Shown here piece by piece: positions 20,901 to 29,750 of a DNA stretch of 59,980 nucleotides. The notes beneath the pieces are model-generated. The model did not search any database and was not told the DNA's origin. It saw only the letters and a list, made by a program, of their open reading frames with translations. Position 1 is the first letter of the stretch. Every line of letters starts with the position of its first letter. Made by a program: the position numbers and the translations under genes. This DNA is from a virus. Lineage: Duplodnaviria; Caudoviricetes. The stretch covers positions 1-59,980 of the IMG/VR virus record IMGVR_UViG_3300017781_000005; one strand, given 5' to 3'.

Positions 20901-21765
20901 ATGGATTGACTGGATATTGAGCAGTACCAGCTTTTATTTTTTCCCAAAAGAATGTCCATCTTTCTATCGCATCAAAAGAGTCTTGTAAATCATCATGACC
21001 GTAGTTTACATCAAAGAATCCTTCGTTATTTTGAAATGTAATTTCGCTTGGAAGTTTTACTATCGCTAGGTTATCTGGATCAGATAAGTTTACAGCAGGA
21101 TCACCATTGTCAATGATAGTGGCATCTGTAGCACTTAAAAAGTTTTGATCAGCAAACTCTTGAAATCCTCTTTGAACAAATTCGTTGTAAAGAAATCTGC
21201 CTAAAGCGATAAAGAGCATATACCGTTTAAATCCTGATCTTGCTTCGGATTCATTCAAATATCTCGGACCTTGAGGATATGCGTATTGAGACGGAAAGGT
21301 TCTCAGATATAGTGCTTGTTCTTTAGATCCTTCTCTAAATTCAGGATTAGTTCTTCTACCATATATAGGATGCTTCTTTTGATACCATTGATAAGGAACA
21401 GTTGCATCAGAAAAGGTGTAAGCATTCCAAGCATCTTCATCTAACCCGTAACTAGCGACATCAGAAAAAAGACTTAGTTGCTCTTCAGCACGAGGTACAC
21501 CTAAAAGAGAAGAACTGACCTGAGAAGTTTCAGGAAATTGTTCGATAACAGGAATAACTCCAGCTTCTAAAGCGGAGTTATTAGCGAAAACTGATAAAGC
21601 GTTTTCACTGTTCGCAAATTGAGGTATCGTTGCGTCTTCTTCAGTTACAAGAGGATTGCCAGCGGCATCAAATAGCTTCGTACCTTCGATATCTACGAGT
21701 TGCGTAAACTGCTTCGTGACTGGAGATGGTACTTTGTCCAGCCCAATCTTTATTTGCTTTGCCAT
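17989..21765 (-). CDS. Large virion structural protein, paralog B (1258 aa)
   Basis: Shares SLLG.PRAE, SKR.FRYQPGR, VTM.KIEFSWYGA.GA and KYG.SYYIDGGD blocks with 21769-26313. Confidence 0.7.
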   Translation of the reverse strand: MAKQIKIGLDKVPSPVTKQFTQLVDIEGTKLFDAAGNPLVTEEDATIPQFANSENALSVFANNSALEAGVIPVIEQFPETSQVSSSLLGVPRAEEQLSLFSDVASYGLDEDAWNAYTFSDATVPYQWYQKKHPIYGRRTNPEFREGSKEQALYLRTFPSQYAYPQGPRYLNESEARSGFKRYMLFIALGRFLYNEFVQRGFQEFADQNFLSATDATIIDNGDPAVNLSDPDNLAIVKLPSEITFQNNEGFFDVNYGHDDLQDSFDAIERWTFFWEKIKAGTAQYPVNPSYGRFEDETYYNQMVATATNEMIPGGGSTRFQVATLESKRAFRYQPGRASGFTFGSRMTVDPVSQATVVEWGCANSTDQYMLQLKGTQFNIIRRSTIAMPAELLERQGLTVDDQTAEPIYTNDLSNDIPLFETVIPRNKWNGDALLGIGPSGYILSFEDVTMYKIEFSWYGAIGAKFYAYIPSGNGDARWVLLHTFVMENGMGQPVLQNPDFKFKYTVYSTNTATIRQPIQLFKYGSSYYIDGGDEGTTRLTTKSTISKAFNERTPILGLLPKNEILNSQGIGILNTRKSYPTKISINTDKDCRIDLMEIQGCKDGVHFNYSPSLHMNGRNPRTRDLTLKFDLQDTIIRLVQPPVAQLSGTISVDVDSTVVTGVGTFFTGDLQQGDCIYIGTSDTSTHQIRSITSNTELVLEEAYTNEASADVSGVTYSVIYKLNDYDNGARIIADGVYGVYVDTSVSNLRSSPVLRRRDPNPRDFSLISGIPIRDSLKVDGSKLDRSLAFDAKLVNLHTVVASDTPITTDAFKIHWLNPNYKDGEYGSRHFAEFGIGVTPHIPTPPDGNDTFDRLHFQVGPANDNIFKEFEREEYPMVVYTHDRTRFDEKEQAEIYEWHGAYGRGRFEVDPRNPIPKGESVQSGFISSIQGEVNVLSYTVLDTLQPAIAADGAQYSSYKRMLFSTSSTPSSTDIKFRSLDSNGNPIPTTAISEIGSTFVGTGFFFRSPVIRSQTGERYVYVDANITTNEDGVTLGDNLGVTTTTDAGNVKTIQTKILTLKDDFQAQSYDKGADGERTEKFPNHKFVVSQAIAFNDQPLYPVFALSDNARVNGIVIEEIFPDGQRICHTPTFKTDDASYNPHITIDTVIPVADRTLPGHSGKNSVTSSATPGSFNETDRLGSLRYDTSCLNSLRSGSTIYSVYVEAGKPEFIDLSNIFAQDRKGLSVGLLNERALYFTATQLDSNTADGNIELALTVKEQ

Positions 21766-21768
21766 AAA

Positions 21769-24700
21769 CTACTGCTCTTCCCATGTTACACCTAGGCTAA
21801 TGTTGTCTGCATCTGAGTTATTGAATGTATCTGAATCCACTGCGAAATAGAGACTGTCTGCTATGTCTGTCAGCGGGAATGACAAGTACTCTTTGTTATA
21901 ATCAAAATATGCGCCTAGATCGAATTGCTCTGTTCCTGCTTGTAGATAAGCTGTCGCTACATTAGTGCCTGTGTTTGGAACAGGAACAACTGGATCAGTT
22001 GCGATATTCAAAGAACTTAGTCCTTCAATAGTAGAAACAGTCTTAGTTACATCTGTTGCCCCTACAGGCTTACCAGTCTTCAAGAATCTCAAATCAGGCA
22101 AGAATGCTTCAGTCGTTGTAAGAGTTACTGTGCCTTCGAATGTTTCTAACATTTCAAAGTAGTATTTATCTCCTTCTTTAGAGAGTTCTCCAAAAGCAGT
22201 AATGCCTTGTGCATCGATTCTTCCTCTAAACCATCCGTAAACCTTTTCGCCATTTTGTATGTAAGAATTAGTCACATCATTGTGCTGGAATGTTAACTCT
22301 GTATTAGTATTATCGATTACATACTCATCTTGTAACTGGAATCCTGTAGCATTTGTAGTAACCAATGACTGGAATATAGGAGTCTTCTTAAATCTCAATC
22401 TAACAGTATCAGTCGCTGCCGATGCATTATTAGTTGAAAGTTTAGTAGGATAAACCTGTACTCTATTTCTCACAGGATTACCTTCTCGTGTACTTAGAAT
22501 AACTTTCTTTGTCTCTAATCCGTAGCAAGTCGCCGCTCTATCTGGCATAATTTTTATATCAGCTACAGCAGTACCTTGTAGATTCTTGTTTAAGAACAAT
22601 AGATTATTATCAGGATCTGCCCAAACAACTTCGACATTCTGATCTAGATCATTGTTAGTTTTGACTGTAGCTCCCATAAAGAATCTAGCATCAATTACAG
22701 TGTCTACAGTGCCGTTACCGCTATTATCGAAACCGGAATTACAAGTGATGTTTGCTGTAGGTACATTACCCAAAGTCGCCGCACCACCAGAAGTACTCGC
22801 TTGATAAGCACCAGTAGTGCCTTGTGTGTAAGATTGGCTACCACTACTGATTCGGAACTGCTTACCTATTGCCGCAATCTGTGAATCATTGTTATAACTG
22901 TATAGACGAACAGTACCTCTATCTCCACCATCGATGTAGTATGAAGCACCATACTTAACAATGTTGTGTGATATTGTTCCGTAACCCTGATCTACCTGAG
23001 AAGCAGGCACATCTTCGCCATCACCGCCACAATATACGCTACCACCACCATAAGTTGTGTAAGTGATTGGTAGTGTTGCGTTACCAAGAGATGCAATCTT
23101 CAACTGATTCGATGCTCTTAGATGATGTACTCTTACCCATCGTGCTTCACCGTTACTTACAGGAACATATGCTAAGAACAATGCACCTACCGCACCATAC
23201 CACGAGAACTCAATTTTAAGCATCGTTACTTTAGTGAAGTCGTAATCATATAGACTGTCTTGTTTCTCAGTATCTCCCTGGGCGTTTACAAAGTTTTCAC
23301 CAGGTCTAACAGTACCAGCAACACCTGTTGCTAGATCACTATAGACTCTGTTTCTACTACCTTTACCAGTTTCTAATACAGTGTCTTCTGGATAAGTGTA
23401 GTTATTTGGACTGTTTGATCGTCTACCATCTAAAGAGTCATGACTGAATCTTGAGCGAGGTACACGATACTCATATACACCCCAGTATTCGGGTTTAACA
23501 TTATTCTTAATCCAGTTTACATACTCTGGGTAGAAGTTTACATTATCGATCTGTGATCTAATTCTGTTTAGGTTTTCACTATTCACATTAGGATCAAGAG
23601 CAGTGTTAATGAAACCAATACTATTATTATCTGCTAAGGTAGAACTTAATAGGTTGTCATCGCAAGAATACAGATATGGGAAAACTGGTCCCTTAGGCAC
23701 AAAGTTTGGTGCTGATTGCATTGTCGATGTTTTAAACACTCTCTGATTCGTTAGATCAGCTTCAAGTGTACCAGTAGCGTTGGTGGTACCATGAGTTGTC
23801 ATTATCTCAGACTGATATGAACCAGCTGCCAAAAGAGGCACATCGTAATCATTAGGGAACATAAACGGAACGGCTAATTCTACGAAGATCGTACCTAAAG
23901 TAGAAGCAACAGGAGTAGCGTTAGACACTGCGCCAGTACTATAGTTCACATCTGTTGGTGAACCACCTTCGGCAACACTGAACGATACTACATTTCCTGC
24001 AGTCTGGTCATAACCATCTGTAATTGCAGTACATACAAATTGTGTAGCTTTAGGATCTAAGACTCTAGCGACTCTTACTACTCCACCGTTTTGTAAGCCG
24101 TCAGCCGTAGCGGCTACATTAGAGTTTGACCAACTAATCTTAATGTGTTGTCCGTATGTTACATTGCCTTCTGTCAATTTAAATATAGCAGGCTCATTCG
24201 CTGTACCGCTACCAGTAACTTCAACTTTGATTAGTTTCTTATCTTTAAGTAAAGATGGATCGTATACTGCCGCATGAGTGTGAATTAGTCCGTCTCTAAG
24301 TGCGACTAAGTTACCTGCAAAGCCTCTTTTGCCAATGTCAGCACTTTCCTTATTCTCAATACTGAAGTTGGCAACTACTTTCTGTGAAAGTTCAGTAAAC
24401 TTCGTGACAACACTACTGTTCGAAGCATAACCAATGCTCTTTAAGTCGTTTATCGCAATAGATTTTAGAAGTTTGTGTCTATCAATTTCACTTATATAAT
24501 CTCCAGTACCATCAGTCTTTTGCTGTGAGTAAAGAGATAGCCCAGTTCCTCTAAAGAACATTTGACAATTGTAAGTAGTCTCTGCGTTACCTCCACCACT
24601 GATATCGTTTTTATATCCATCAATAACATATCCGATATCACGCTGACATTTATTTTGAATAAACTTCTGTACTTCAGCATCTGATAAAGTTGCTAGATAG

Positions 24701-26313
24701 TTCAAACCAGTGAAGGAGTCAGTGTTATCGGAGCCACCACCAGCGGCGTTTGCCGCATCATTACTACTTGGACCAAAGTTAGGCACATTATAGACAATTT
24801 TGTTGCCGTTAGGCACACCCTGATTATTTGTTTCTGTGACTGTCACATAGTAAGCCCAGAAGTGTTTCTTAACATCAAAGAAAGCATCTAATTGACCTGT
24901 TGATGAAAATCTTGTTCCGTAATGAGTAGATGTTGTGGGCGGTTGAGGAGCAAAATTGTCTGTATTAAAAGCAGTTAAGACAATAGTTTCTAAGGCAGCC
25001 AGTTTAGTTTTACCGCCAGAAGTGAATCCAATCTCATTTGAACCACCGGGATCTACTGGCGTAAAGTATTCTCCAGAACTAATGGCGTCATTTAAAGGAT
25101 ATAATTTACCAGTAGTGAATACACGCTTCAATCTATCATGCAGTGGTTTTTCAAATCTAGTGATTTTAGGGAACTTACCTACAGGTACATCTTCCCAGTC
25201 GCCTGCACCATCAGATAGAGCAAAGTTTGTGGTGTTTAATCGAGTATGCGCTGTACACTCTCTAGTTGTTCCGTCTAAAACCCCAGAAGTATCTGAATAC
25301 TCAAGATCCATCAACATAAAGTCGATCCAATAATCTAAGTCTCTCTTACACTTAGACTCAATTCCTGCTTCATCAAATCCACTAATATCAGAAAGTGAAT
25401 TATATGCAGTTGCAAAGTCTGTATAATAGCCGTCACCAATTGCTTGAGCAGTACCGCCACCTTCAACACTGTAACTATTTTCTGCTGTACTGGCATCTTC
25501 GTGATACGCTCTTTCAGTTTCTGCAAGAACATTATCTATGATCTTATATCTATTTTCGATCAACAATTTACGATCTGTTATATAGAATCCTTCTGATTGT
25601 TCGATTTCGCCTGCACCTAAACCTATAGCCTTATAGTCATCTAGCTGTGTAGCAGTTACAGTACCAGCAACAACTCCTGTTCTTTCATCACCGCTTCTCA
25701 AAGGAGTCGTGTTGGCAACACCATAAGGACTTACTGGGAAGTTTGCAACAGATTGTGTTCTACGGACAACAGAGAAGTTATCGCCTTCACCACTGTTTCG
25801 AGTTTCCCAATAGTAACCATCATACTTGTCGTAAATACCGTACTTACGAATAGCTGGATTTTTAGCAAACTCAGCAACACTCACAGAACTTCTGATACCA
25901 AATGTAGCCGCAGATACACGACCAGGCTGATATCTGAAGAAACGCTTAGATGTTAATACAGAAACTTTGTTACGAGATGCTTCTACCAAAGCACCAGCTT
26001 CTGTAGGAAGATGCTTAATACCATCTCCTTGAATATGGTACTCAGGAGTCATCGACCATTCTGTCGGGTTAACATCATAAGTGTTTACATCAGCAAAGAT
26101 ACCTAGAGCGACTTCTGCTCTTGGAATACCTAGAAGCGATAGTGCAACCTCTGACTGTACTTTATTCTGCTCTTCTACTGGAATCGCAGTTTGGTCAGAA
26201 GCCATTACGACCGGTATAGACTTATCTGCTGTCTGCGCTCCAGGAGCTACCGGTGTAGTTCTACCTACATTTACTACTGATGAGTTACTGTTTACATTTG
26301 TTATACTTGACAT
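21769..26313 (-). CDS. Large virion structural protein, paralog A (1514 aa), with KCxRD helical repeats
   Basis: Same conserved blocks as 17989-21765, plus KCKRDLDYWID and KCQRDIGYVID repeats. Confidence 0.7.
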   Translation of the reverse strand: MSSITNVNSNSSVVNVGRTTPVAPGAQTADKSIPVVMASDQTAIPVEEQNKVQSEVALSLLGIPRAEVALGIFADVNTYDVNPTEWSMTPEYHIQGDGIKHLPTEAGALVEASRNKVSVLTSKRFFRYQPGRVSAATFGIRSSVSVAEFAKNPAIRKYGIYDKYDGYYWETRNSGEGDNFSVVRRTQSVANFPVSPYGVANTTPLRSGDERTGVVAGTVTATQLDDYKAIGLGAGEIEQSEGFYITDRKLLIENRYKIIDNVLAETERAYHEDASTAENSYSVEGGGTAQAIGDGYYTDFATAYNSLSDISGFDEAGIESKCKRDLDYWIDFMLMDLEYSDTSGVLDGTTRECTAHTRLNTTNFALSDGAGDWEDVPVGKFPKITRFEKPLHDRLKRVFTTGKLYPLNDAISSGEYFTPVDPGGSNEIGFTSGGKTKLAALETIVLTAFNTDNFAPQPPTTSTHYGTRFSSTGQLDAFFDVKKHFWAYYVTVTETNNQGVPNGNKIVYNVPNFGPSSNDAANAAGGGSDNTDSFTGLNYLATLSDAEVQKFIQNKCQRDIGYVIDGYKNDISGGGNAETTYNCQMFFRGTGLSLYSQQKTDGTGDYISEIDRHKLLKSIAINDLKSIGYASNSSVVTKFTELSQKVVANFSIENKESADIGKRGFAGNLVALRDGLIHTHAAVYDPSLLKDKKLIKVEVTGSGTANEPAIFKLTEGNVTYGQHIKISWSNSNVAATADGLQNGGVVRVARVLDPKATQFVCTAITDGYDQTAGNVVSFSVAEGGSPTDVNYSTGAVSNATPVASTLGTIFVELAVPFMFPNDYDVPLLAAGSYQSEIMTTHGTTNATGTLEADLTNQRVFKTSTMQSAPNFVPKGPVFPYLYSCDDNLLSSTLADNNSIGFINTALDPNVNSENLNRIRSQIDNVNFYPEYVNWIKNNVKPEYWGVYEYRVPRSRFSHDSLDGRRSNSPNNYTYPEDTVLETGKGSRNRVYSDLATGVAGTVRPGENFVNAQGDTEKQDSLYDYDFTKVTMLKIEFSWYGAVGALFLAYVPVSNGEARWVRVHHLRASNQLKIASLGNATLPITYTTYGGGSVYCGGDGEDVPASQVDQGYGTISHNIVKYGASYYIDGGDRGTVRLYSYNNDSQIAAIGKQFRISSGSQSYTQGTTGAYQASTSGGAATLGNVPTANITCNSGFDNSGNGTVDTVIDARFFMGATVKTNNDLDQNVEVVWADPDNNLLFLNKNLQGTAVADIKIMPDRAATCYGLETKKVILSTREGNPVRNRVQVYPTKLSTNNASAATDTVRLRFKKTPIFQSLVTTNATGFQLQDEYVIDNTNTELTFQHNDVTNSYIQNGEKVYGWFRGRIDAQGITAFGELSKEGDKYYFEMLETFEGTVTLTTTEAFLPDLRFLKTGKPVGATDVTKTVSTIEGLSSLNIATDPVVPVPNTGTNVATAYLQAGTEQFDLGAYFDYNKEYLSFPLTDIADSLYFAVDSDTFNNSDADNISLGVTWEEQ

Positions 26314-26322
26314 TTGTTTTCC

Positions 26323-29300
26323 CTATTTAATAAGCCCTTGTGCAATCACAAAGTCGTCTATTATATTTATCTGTCCTGTTGCCGTACCCTTACTAAGATT
26401 TCCATTTAAAACACTATCTTCACCAAGGCTGTTTGATGCGGGTGAAGCAGTTGTACCCAGCAAATTATTATATGTTATAGTAATATCTTTCTGTGAAGAC
26501 TGTCCTGGTACATCAGCTACACTGGTAACAGTTGCGAATCTAGTGTTTTGAACACCCGTTATCTGGAAGTCAACATGATCTGTTGAAATTATAACTTCTC
26601 TACCAACAACAAATGCTCTCGTTGAAGGATTGTTAAGTCTAACTACATATTGTGGACTATTTTTCAAACTATCCAATTCTGTCGTTTTACCTAAGATTTG
26701 TCCACCAGAACTTACAATATCACTATCTTGACCAGCTTTATATACAAACCACTCACCAGCGATTATTTGTCCTACAGCCGCATAATATCTATAGCTTGCT
26801 GACCACGCAACACCTAAGTGTTGAGATCCTGCTGGATATCCCACAGTACTCGCTGATCGAAGTAGATTATATCTTTGCTGTAGCTGTGCGGGTGAGAATA
26901 CACCAGTGTACAATAAACTCTTACTATTATCAGGAGTATCGCTGATAACAAACTTGAATTTACCTTCCACTCTTTCTTCGTCGGTATAATCGATATCCGT
27001 GATTGTAGGAGCAGGTTGATTATTAAGTCCAGCAAACGAATCAGAACTAGCAATACCGTTAGTGCCTGTAACTGTTGCGCCATTGTATATGAAGTATTCT
27101 CCAACTTGACCAACTTGAGCACCTATTGATGTCCAGTTCATACTAGTGCCGACATCTTTGATTCTGTATCGTCTGTTTTGAACAAACGGAATGCCAGGTG
27201 CAGGCACAATTTGTATTGTACCGGGTGCATCGGTTGCTAGTGCTTGCTGAGATGCGAAAGTGTTAGGAGCAGTATAAGCGTTATATAATTCAATATCATT
27301 ACCTACAACTTTAGCAAAGTATGTTCCGTCAGTACCTGCACCCAAACCGTTAGTGGAATCACCAGCAAGTGTCACTCTAGATCCGTTAGGTATACCGCTC
27401 ACTCCAATTAAGTTATTACCGTTGTCTACATCAGCCGCTGTAAATGAAATAGGCGCACTGTATTGAGTGTCTAAAACATTTGGTCCTGCATCAACAGCAT
27501 ATGGCAAAGTTGATCCATCGCTCAACTGCTGAATCAGATTTAAGCGATATACTATTCCTTTTAGAGGTGCTGAAGCCTCAATAGATGACTGATTTAAATC
27601 GAAGTTTTCACCATTCTCTTGATAAACAAATTCGTCACTAGTGTAAGCTCCCGCATCAACGAACTTAGCAAGAGGTATGTTAATAGAGTCGTATTCCGTG
27701 TTGAGAATATCTGGACTTGATAAGAACTCATTTGCCGCACCAATAAGAACATTAGGTGAAGAAACCATGAATGTAGAACCTGCTACAAGCAAACCAGAGC
27801 CACAGGCTTTAACAATATTATTAGCAACCATGCCTTCTTGTGTAACAGAGACATCTACTGAATCTGGGAAGTTTTCAAATCTGTTTGATGTGAGAATTGT
27901 GGATTCTCCATCTGATGCAAGCAACGGACTAAATGGATACAGATCAGTCACACCACTATTTACGATCTCTCCAGTTGTAATTCTCATGGCTTTAGGTCTA
28001 TCAGCGAAAATACCGCCACCAGCAACATTTCTAATTCGACATCTATCTATCAATATATCTGTTGGTTGAGTACCAAAGTCGATAGCATAGTTCAAAGAAG
28101 GATCAACACCATCATTAACAAGAGCCTGATTCAAAACATTACCGTCAAAGTCAATACCGTATAGTGAAATAGTATCGGCTTCAGACGAATTCTGTGTCTT
28201 TATAATACTGTTATCATAGTTTTCACCAGCCATCTGAGACCAAGGCAACTTTTTAATCTTGGTTACATTTGCAGTTCCTATCATACCAAAGTCATTAGGT
28301 ATAATTAGATGTGTAGCCATATACACTTTACCGTTTAATGTAACACTCTTGTTACCAGAAGACGATCTTGATTGTATCGCTTCATTGATCTTAGATGTGT
28401 CATTGTGACAGACTGTTACACTATGAGGGGAAGGATTTACATACACCTGTTGTATACTATCTGAAGCACTGTCTCCTAGAGTTATGAAAAAGTGGTCTGC
28501 TCTAACATCGATAGTTTTGATATTAGCATCTACCCATCCTCTTTGTGCTGAAATAAATGTGGTGCTAGACAATGGAAAATGTACAACACTTGAATATGTA
28601 TTATCAGCAGTGTCTTTTCCACCCCAAGGAGTGTATGTAAACTTGTGATAATCAGACCAAGTTCCATTACCACCGAAATCTTTAGGTCCTAGAACTGCTA
28701 ATAACTTGAATGGACCGTCATCGATCTGTCTGTAAGCTAGTATGCCTTGATTATTACCTGCAGATAGTCCTGTGAATTTAATAAAGTTGTCAGTATTGAA
28801 AAACGGCAGAGGATTAAGGAAAGTATTACCGCCATCAGGAGTATATTGAACTTGCTTAGACATCGTGGTGTTGCTTAATGGACCTATTTCTCCAGTCTGC
28901 GTATTGTAGAAAGCAAACTTATAAGACAGTGTTTTATTACTAGCGGCTCCGCCTTCACTAAATCCAGATTGACCTTGAACTGAAATAGTAGTAGGTGAGG
29001 GTGAACCAGAAATTAGTTCTGAACTAGTACTTGCACCATAGAGTCTTAAAGTTTGTCCAACTTTAAAGTGTTTGGCTAACGATATATCATTTATTCTTAT
29101 AACGCTAGACAAGCTATTTGTGACATTTTGAAAAGTTCCTTCTACCTCATCCAGACTATCGATAACTTCACCGCCATCGAATGTGTCACTATATTCGTTA
29201 AATAGTCCACCAAATATGGCATTTACCTTAATCTCTACTCTATCATCTGTATAGAATAGGTTATCAACACCTTCGATTAAGTAGTCAGATGCCATATCTA

Positions 29301-29727
29301 AGAGTGTTGCACCGTTATCTGCGGTACCGAAAACTCTCATTCTTTCTAAGTCAGGGCTATACGAAACAAATTGTCCAGTATTATTTAAGTCGCTAATATC
29401 GGCGGGTATGATAGGCTTGTTATTAACATTAGCCCATTCTAAGAAGTACGCTCCGTCTCTATACGCTTCATTGTAGTAAAGACCGCCAGCGTTAAGACCG
29501 TTACTTAGACTTTGAACACCACTATTAATCGCATTCAACTTCGTTACTATAGACGGAGCTTTAAGTTCAATGTTGGCGTCAGAGAAAATAGCATTGGTGA
29601 CATTCTCAAATGTTATTTTAGACGATATAGACTCAGATACATCAGTTACAACAAAAATGTCTGACGGATTAATACCGGCCGCAGTTATCGTTGTTAACTG
29701 AGAAATCTTTTTAGTATGTTCTGGCAT
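26323..29727 (-). CDS. Tail fibre/tailspike with a right-handed beta-helix (pectin-lyase-like) domain
   Basis: KISQL..D.F.V.D...KIT N-terminus, EG..NLFYT..R motif, DT..IN.AI start of a beta-helix, I..IDFDGN and I.I..C.I.N..G.GI repeats. Confidence 0.65.
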   Translation of the reverse strand: MPEHTKKISQLTTITAAGINPSDIFVVTDVSESISSKITFENVTNAIFSDANIELKAPSIVTKLNAINSGVQSLSNGLNAGGLYYNEAYRDGAYFLEWANVNNKPIIPADISDLNNTGQFVSYSPDLERMRVFGTADNGATLLDMASDYLIEGVDNLFYTDDRVEIKVNAIFGGLFNEYSDTFDGGEVIDSLDEVEGTFQNVTNSLSSVIRINDISLAKHFKVGQTLRLYGASTSSELISGSPSPTTISVQGQSGFSEGGAASNKTLSYKFAFYNTQTGEIGPLSNTTMSKQVQYTPDGGNTFLNPLPFFNTDNFIKFTGLSAGNNQGILAYRQIDDGPFKLLAVLGPKDFGGNGTWSDYHKFTYTPWGGKDTADNTYSSVVHFPLSSTTFISAQRGWVDANIKTIDVRADHFFITLGDSASDSIQQVYVNPSPHSVTVCHNDTSKINEAIQSRSSSGNKSVTLNGKVYMATHLIIPNDFGMIGTANVTKIKKLPWSQMAGENYDNSIIKTQNSSEADTISLYGIDFDGNVLNQALVNDGVDPSLNYAIDFGTQPTDILIDRCRIRNVAGGGIFADRPKAMRITTGEIVNSGVTDLYPFSPLLASDGESTILTSNRFENFPDSVDVSVTQEGMVANNIVKACGSGLLVAGSTFMVSSPNVLIGAANEFLSSPDILNTEYDSINIPLAKFVDAGAYTSDEFVYQENGENFDLNQSSIEASAPLKGIVYRLNLIQQLSDGSTLPYAVDAGPNVLDTQYSAPISFTAADVDNGNNLIGVSGIPNGSRVTLAGDSTNGLGAGTDGTYFAKVVGNDIELYNAYTAPNTFASQQALATDAPGTIQIVPAPGIPFVQNRRYRIKDVGTSMNWTSIGAQVGQVGEYFIYNGATVTGTNGIASSDSFAGLNNQPAPTITDIDYTDEERVEGKFKFVISDTPDNSKSLLYTGVFSPAQLQQRYNLLRSASTVGYPAGSQHLGVAWSASYRYYAAVGQIIAGEWFVYKAGQDSDIVSSGGQILGKTTELDSLKNSPQYVVRLNNPSTRAFVVGREVIISTDHVDFQITGVQNTRFATVTSVADVPGQSSQKDITITYNNLLGTTASPASNSLGEDSVLNGNLSKGTATGQINIIDDFVIAQGLIK

Positions 29728-29750
29728 TTTCTTTAATCCTTTACTTTAAA

